A stretch of 64,000 nucleotides of DNA from Candidatus Eiseniibacteriota bacterium. Its GTDB lineage: Bacteria; Eisenbacteria; RBG-16-71-46; JABDJR01. The DNA is taken from NCBI GenBank assembly GCA_963762255.1, contig CAVXKA010000001.1, positions 640,001 to 704,000 on the forward strand. The letters are read 5' to 3'. Of the stretch, positions 60,837-64,000 are shown one piece after another (the first letter of the stretch is position 1; every line of letters begins with the position of its first letter). Made by a program: the position numbers and the translations under genes. The notes under the pieces are model-generated. The model was given only the letters and a program-made list of their open reading frames with translations, was not told where the DNA came from and did no database searches.

Positions 60837-62357
60837 GTGCTGCGTCTGACTTGTGCGCTGGTCTTGTTGACTCTTCTGGTCGCCGATCGTCCTCTCGCGG
60901 TGGCCGAGTCCACCGCGGCTGAAACCGGGACCGCGGCGCCCCCCGCGATGAACTCTGCGGCGCTCATCGCCCTGGCCGACTCCGTTCAGAGCGAGGTCGA
61001 GATGCTCCGCGGCTGGACCTTCAAGCACCCGGTCGCCAAGGACGTGCGCTCGCCGGAGCAGCTCCACGCGTTTCTCAAGGAGAGCCTCGACCGCGAGTAT
61101 CCCGACGATCGCTTCGAGCACGTGCAGTCCTTCCTGCGCACCGTCGGCCTCTTGCCCGAGCCCGTCGGCCTGGAGAGCACGCTCGTCTCGATCCTCCTGA
61201 ACCAGGTCGCGGGCTTCTACGATCCGGCCACGCGCGGCTTCTACATGGTCAACCTGGACGGCATGCACATGCCGCCGGCCATGCTGCGCATCCTCATCGC
61301 GCACGAGCTCACGCACGCGCTCGACGATCAGTACGTGAGCCTCGATTCGCTCCTCTTCGCGGTGGAACCCACCGAGGACGCGCAGTTCGCGGTGGCGGCG
61401 GTGGCCGAGGGTTCGGCCATGGAACTCATGACCCGCTACCTGGCGCGCATGCAGATGACCGGCGCGCTCCCAGCCGAGGAACTTAGCGCGCTCATGCGCT
61501 CGGAGATGGAGCGGAGCCGGCCATTCCTGGAGTCGCCGCCCTACTTCGCGTCCATCGTCGGGCGCTACACATGTGGCATGTGGTTTCTGCTGCGTAACGA
61601 CATGACCGCGCTCATGAACGTGAACGGAGATTCGGGGGTGGGGAAGGTGCTGCCTCAGGTCTGGGCGCGGCTGCCGCGCTCTTCGGAGCAGATCCTGCAT
61701 CGGGAGAAGTACTGGGATGAGGCCTCGCGCGACGAGCCGGTGGTGGTGGATGACGAGTCGGTGCGGATCGTGTTGGCGGCGGCGGGAGCGCGCGTGCTGC
61801 ACACGAACACGGTAGGGGAGGCGCTCTGCGCGGTACTCACGCGAACAGCCGCCGACGGGTTCAGCGTGATGACGGCCGCATCCGCAAGCGCGTGGACGAA
61901 CACGGCGGCTTCGGGCTGGGGCGGGGATCGGTTCTATCTGCTGGGGGCGGCGGGGGCGGACGGTTCTTCGGCCGGCGCGACGCAGAGCGGGTTCGCCCGT
62001 CGACCGCAGTCCGACGGGCCGCGAAGCGGGGGACCCGTCGGCGAGGACGACGGGCGACACGCGATGCGACGCGCGCGCGGCATGTGGATCACCACGTGGG
62101 ACACGCCGACCGACCGCGACGAGTTCGTCGCCGCGTACACGCCGGTGGCCGAGGCTCGCGGGGCGGTGGCGGTGATCGTTGGGGAGCGCTCGGCGGTGTA
62201 CGTCTACGGTTTCGGCGGAGGTGCCGCAGGCTCTCGCGATGCGGGCGGCGTTGCCGGCTCTCGCGCCGCCGGTCGCGCCGCGGTGGACGCGATCATCGCC
62301 GACCTCAAGGCCGCGCCGTCGCCGCTCTCGCAGGCCGGTCAGCCCGTGGCGTGGTGA
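60837..62357 (+). CDS. Secreted HEXXH zinc-metallopeptidase-like protein
   Basis: AAAGGAG RBS; signal peptide; AGFYDP, AHELTHALDDQ, EGSA, SSEQILH and GWGGD motifs. Confidence 0.8.
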   Translation: MLRLTCALVLLTLLVADRPLAVAESTAAETGTAAPPAMNSAALIALADSVQSEVEMLRGWTFKHPVAKDVRSPEQLHAFLKESLDREYPDDRFEHVQSFLRTVGLLPEPVGLESTLVSILLNQVAGFYDPATRGFYMVNLDGMHMPPAMLRILIAHELTHALDDQYVSLDSLLFAVEPTEDAQFAVAAVAEGSAMELMTRYLARMQMTGALPAEELSALMRSEMERSRPFLESPPYFASIVGRYTCGMWFLLRNDMTALMNVNGDSGVGKVLPQVWARLPRSSEQILHREKYWDEASRDEPVVVDDESVRIVLAAAGARVLHTNTVGEALCAVLTRTAADGFSVMTAASASAWTNTAASGWGGDRFYLLGAAGADGSSAGATQSGFARRPQSDGPRSGGPVGEDDGRHAMRRARGMWITTWDTPTDRDEFVAAYTPVAEARGAVAVIVGERSAVYVYGFGGGAAGSRDAGGVAGSRAAGRAAVDAIIADLKAAPSPLSQAGQPVAW

Positions 62358-62409
62358 CCGCGCGGTGCCGCGCCAGCCAGATGATCACCCGGGTGAGTAC
62401 GCTGCGTCA

Positions 62410-62733
62410 CTATCCCGCCGCTCTCATCTTCTTGATCTTATCCAACTCCGGCGCCTCCGCTTTGAGGGCGTGGTAGAGATCCCAGCGCAGTTGCAGGTTC
62501 AGCCAGAACTCCGGGGAGTTACCGAAGAACTTCGAGAGCCGGAGCGCCGTGCTTGGCGTCACGCCCCGCCGACCGTTGATCAACTCGTTCACCCGCTGGT
62601 AGGGAACTCGTATCCCGTTGGCCAAGTCCCGCTGTGAAACCCGGAGGGGTTTCAAGAACTCCTCCAACAGCATGTCACCCGGGTGAACAGGTTCTCTCTG
62701 CGTTGGCACGCGCACGGTCGCCATCTGCGTCAT
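62410..62733 (-). CDS. higA: HigA antitoxin (XRE HTH)
   Basis: HPGDMLLEEFL...NGRRGVT..TALRL...FWLNLQ. Confidence 0.93.
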   Translation of the reverse strand: MTQMATVRVPTQREPVHPGDMLLEEFLKPLRVSQRDLANGIRVPYQRVNELINGRRGVTPSTALRLSKFFGNSPEFWLNLQLRWDLYHALKAEAPELDKIKKMRAAG

Positions 62734-63032
62734 CTCCCACGGTGATAGTCGACGATCTCCACGTTCTCCGGCCCCGACGGCGTCCACAGGAAACAAACCC
62801 GATACTGGTCGTTGATCCGAATGCTGTGCTGACCCAGGCGACTCCCCGCCAGCGCCTCCAGGCGATTGCCGGGTGGCACCCCGAGATCGCGCAGATCGCG
62901 GGACGAGTCGAGTTGCTCGAGTTTCCTTGCGGCAACACGCCACAGGCCGCGGGGACAGGCCGCGCGAGCACGACGGGTGTCCTTGCCGTCGAAGACATCT
63001 TCGGTCGCCTCATCCCTGAAGGACCGGATCAC
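62730..63032 (-). CDS. higB: HigB (RelE-family) toxin
   Basis: IRSF.D..T, PPGNRLEAL.G and SIRINDQYRVCF motifs. Confidence 0.93.
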   Translation of the reverse strand: MIRSFRDEATEDVFDGKDTRRARAACPRGLWRVAARKLEQLDSSRDLRDLGVPPGNRLEALAGSRLGQHSIRINDQYRVCFLWTPSGPENVEIVDYHRGR

Positions 63033-63402
63033 GATGCCATGATAGCACGGATAGCATGCTATCACCTCCCTGATGCGGACGGCGGGTGTGGGACGGGGAG
63101 AGAGATAGTCTAGCTGGCCAGTGCGGCACGTGTCGCGGGTGCCAGCCCGTGGCCTGGTGACCGCGCGGCGCGCGCGGCGTTCGCCGTGCGCGCGCAGCGG
63201 AGGGGCGCTTCAGCGGGACCCCGACGCGAGCACGCACGGCGACGCCGAGCGACGCTGCGCCGCCCGCGACCCGCATAGCGCCGCACGGATGATCACCCGG
63301 GTGATCATTCGCGTTAACCCTTAAAAAACAACCACTTCCACGAGTCCGGCCGGCTGGACTAGGCTCATCGAATCCTCCCGTCCGCTCGGAGGAACCCCAT
63401 GT

Positions 63403-63431
63403 TTGACCTACGGATGATTTATCGATATACT
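63403..63431 (+). promoter_or_regulatory. sigma70-type promoter of vapBC
   Basis: TTGACC, 17-bp spacer, TATACT. Confidence 0.7.
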
Positions 63432-63467
63432 AATCGTCATACCGACACATGATCGATGGGGGCCTCG

Positions 63468-63674
63468 ATGGAAGTCGTCACCGTTTCCCCAAAGTTCCAG
63501 GTCGTCATCCCCAAGGCGGTCCGCGAGGAACTCGCGCTGCGCCCTGGTACGAAAATGCTCGCGATCGTCAAGGAGGGCTGCGTCCAGCTCATACCGGTAC
63601 GCTCGGCCAGAGATCTGAGGGGCTTCCTCCGGGGAATCGACACGACCGTCCCCCGCGAGGAGGATCGGCGATGA
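63468..63674 (+). CDS. AbrB/MazE-type antitoxin
   Basis: VSPKFQVVIPKAVRE motif. Confidence 0.88.
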   Translation: MEVVTVSPKFQVVIPKAVREELALRPGTKMLAIVKEGCVQLIPVRSARDLRGFLRGIDTTVPREEDRR

Positions 63675-64000
63675 ACCTGGTCGATTCATCGGGATGGTTG
63701 GAGTACTTCGCCAAGGGGCCGAACGCGGGGTTCTTCGCGAAGGCGATCGAGCAACACGAGCAGCTGATCGTGCCGACCCTTGCCATCTACGAGGTCTTCA
63801 AGCGGGTGGCGACCCAGCGAGGCGAGCTTCCCGCCCTGCAGGCGATCACCGCGATGTCCGAGGGACGCATCGTGGACTTGACCGCCGAGCTCGCCATGAA
63901 CGCGGCGCGCGCCAGCGTGGCGCTGCGATTGCCGATGGCGGACAGCGTGATGCTCGCCACGGCCCGCGCGCATGGTGCGGTGTTCTGGACGCAGGACGCC
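63671..64000 (+). CDS. vapC: VapC PIN-domain toxin, 3'-truncated by the window edge
   Basis: MNLVDSSGWLEY...YEV...MADS...TQD; ATGA overlap with the antitoxin. Confidence 0.9.
   Translation, partial: MNLVDSSGWLEYFAKGPNAGFFAKAIEQHEQLIVPTLAIYEVFKRVATQRGELPALQAITAMSEGRIVDLTAELAMNAARASVALRLPMADSVMLATARAHGAVFWTQDA

Larger units (their letters stand above)
62340..63304. repeat. Direct repeats flanking higBA
   Basis: 26-bp repeat 62340-62365/63143-63168 (1 mismatch); 17-bp repeat 62380-62396/63288-63304. Confidence 0.85.

Overview
GC-rich bacterial chromosomal window. The protein styles (FN3 lipoprotein, C-terminal SWGxIKxxY tail) suggest a Ca. Eisenbacteria/Krumholzibacteriota-like organism; this is inference. 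It contains: (1) a dispersed anaerobic purine/ureide catabolism gene set (YgeW-like and a second ATCase-like transcarbamylase, carbamate kinase, two fold-type II PLP enzymes, SsnA-like amidohydrolase, two xanthine-dehydrogenase-family Mo enzymes, HydA); (2) a cbb3 oxidase operon with fused CcoNO; (3) a HisC-like/CDP-alcohol phosphotransferase/cytidylyltransferase module; (4) a type II R-M pair, perR-katA, hflX, ptsN-PII-kptA, rmuC, ybaK and three toxin-antitoxin loci. About six single-base frameshifts in the first 21 kb look like assembly errors. The most notable unexplained signal is five 200-300 nt highly structured intergenic segments (39.3, 44.4, 49.6, 50.1 and 60.0 kb) that look like ncRNA genes matching no family I recognise; four lie beside tRNA/RNA-handling genes. 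Also notable are the two-transcarbamylase purine pathway variant, an apparent ATT start for hflX, a mini-ORF coupling two xdh subunits, two pseudoenzymes and a repeat-flanked HigBA module. No rRNA, canonical tRNA, CRISPR array or transposase was recognised. All calls are by eye; no searches were run.
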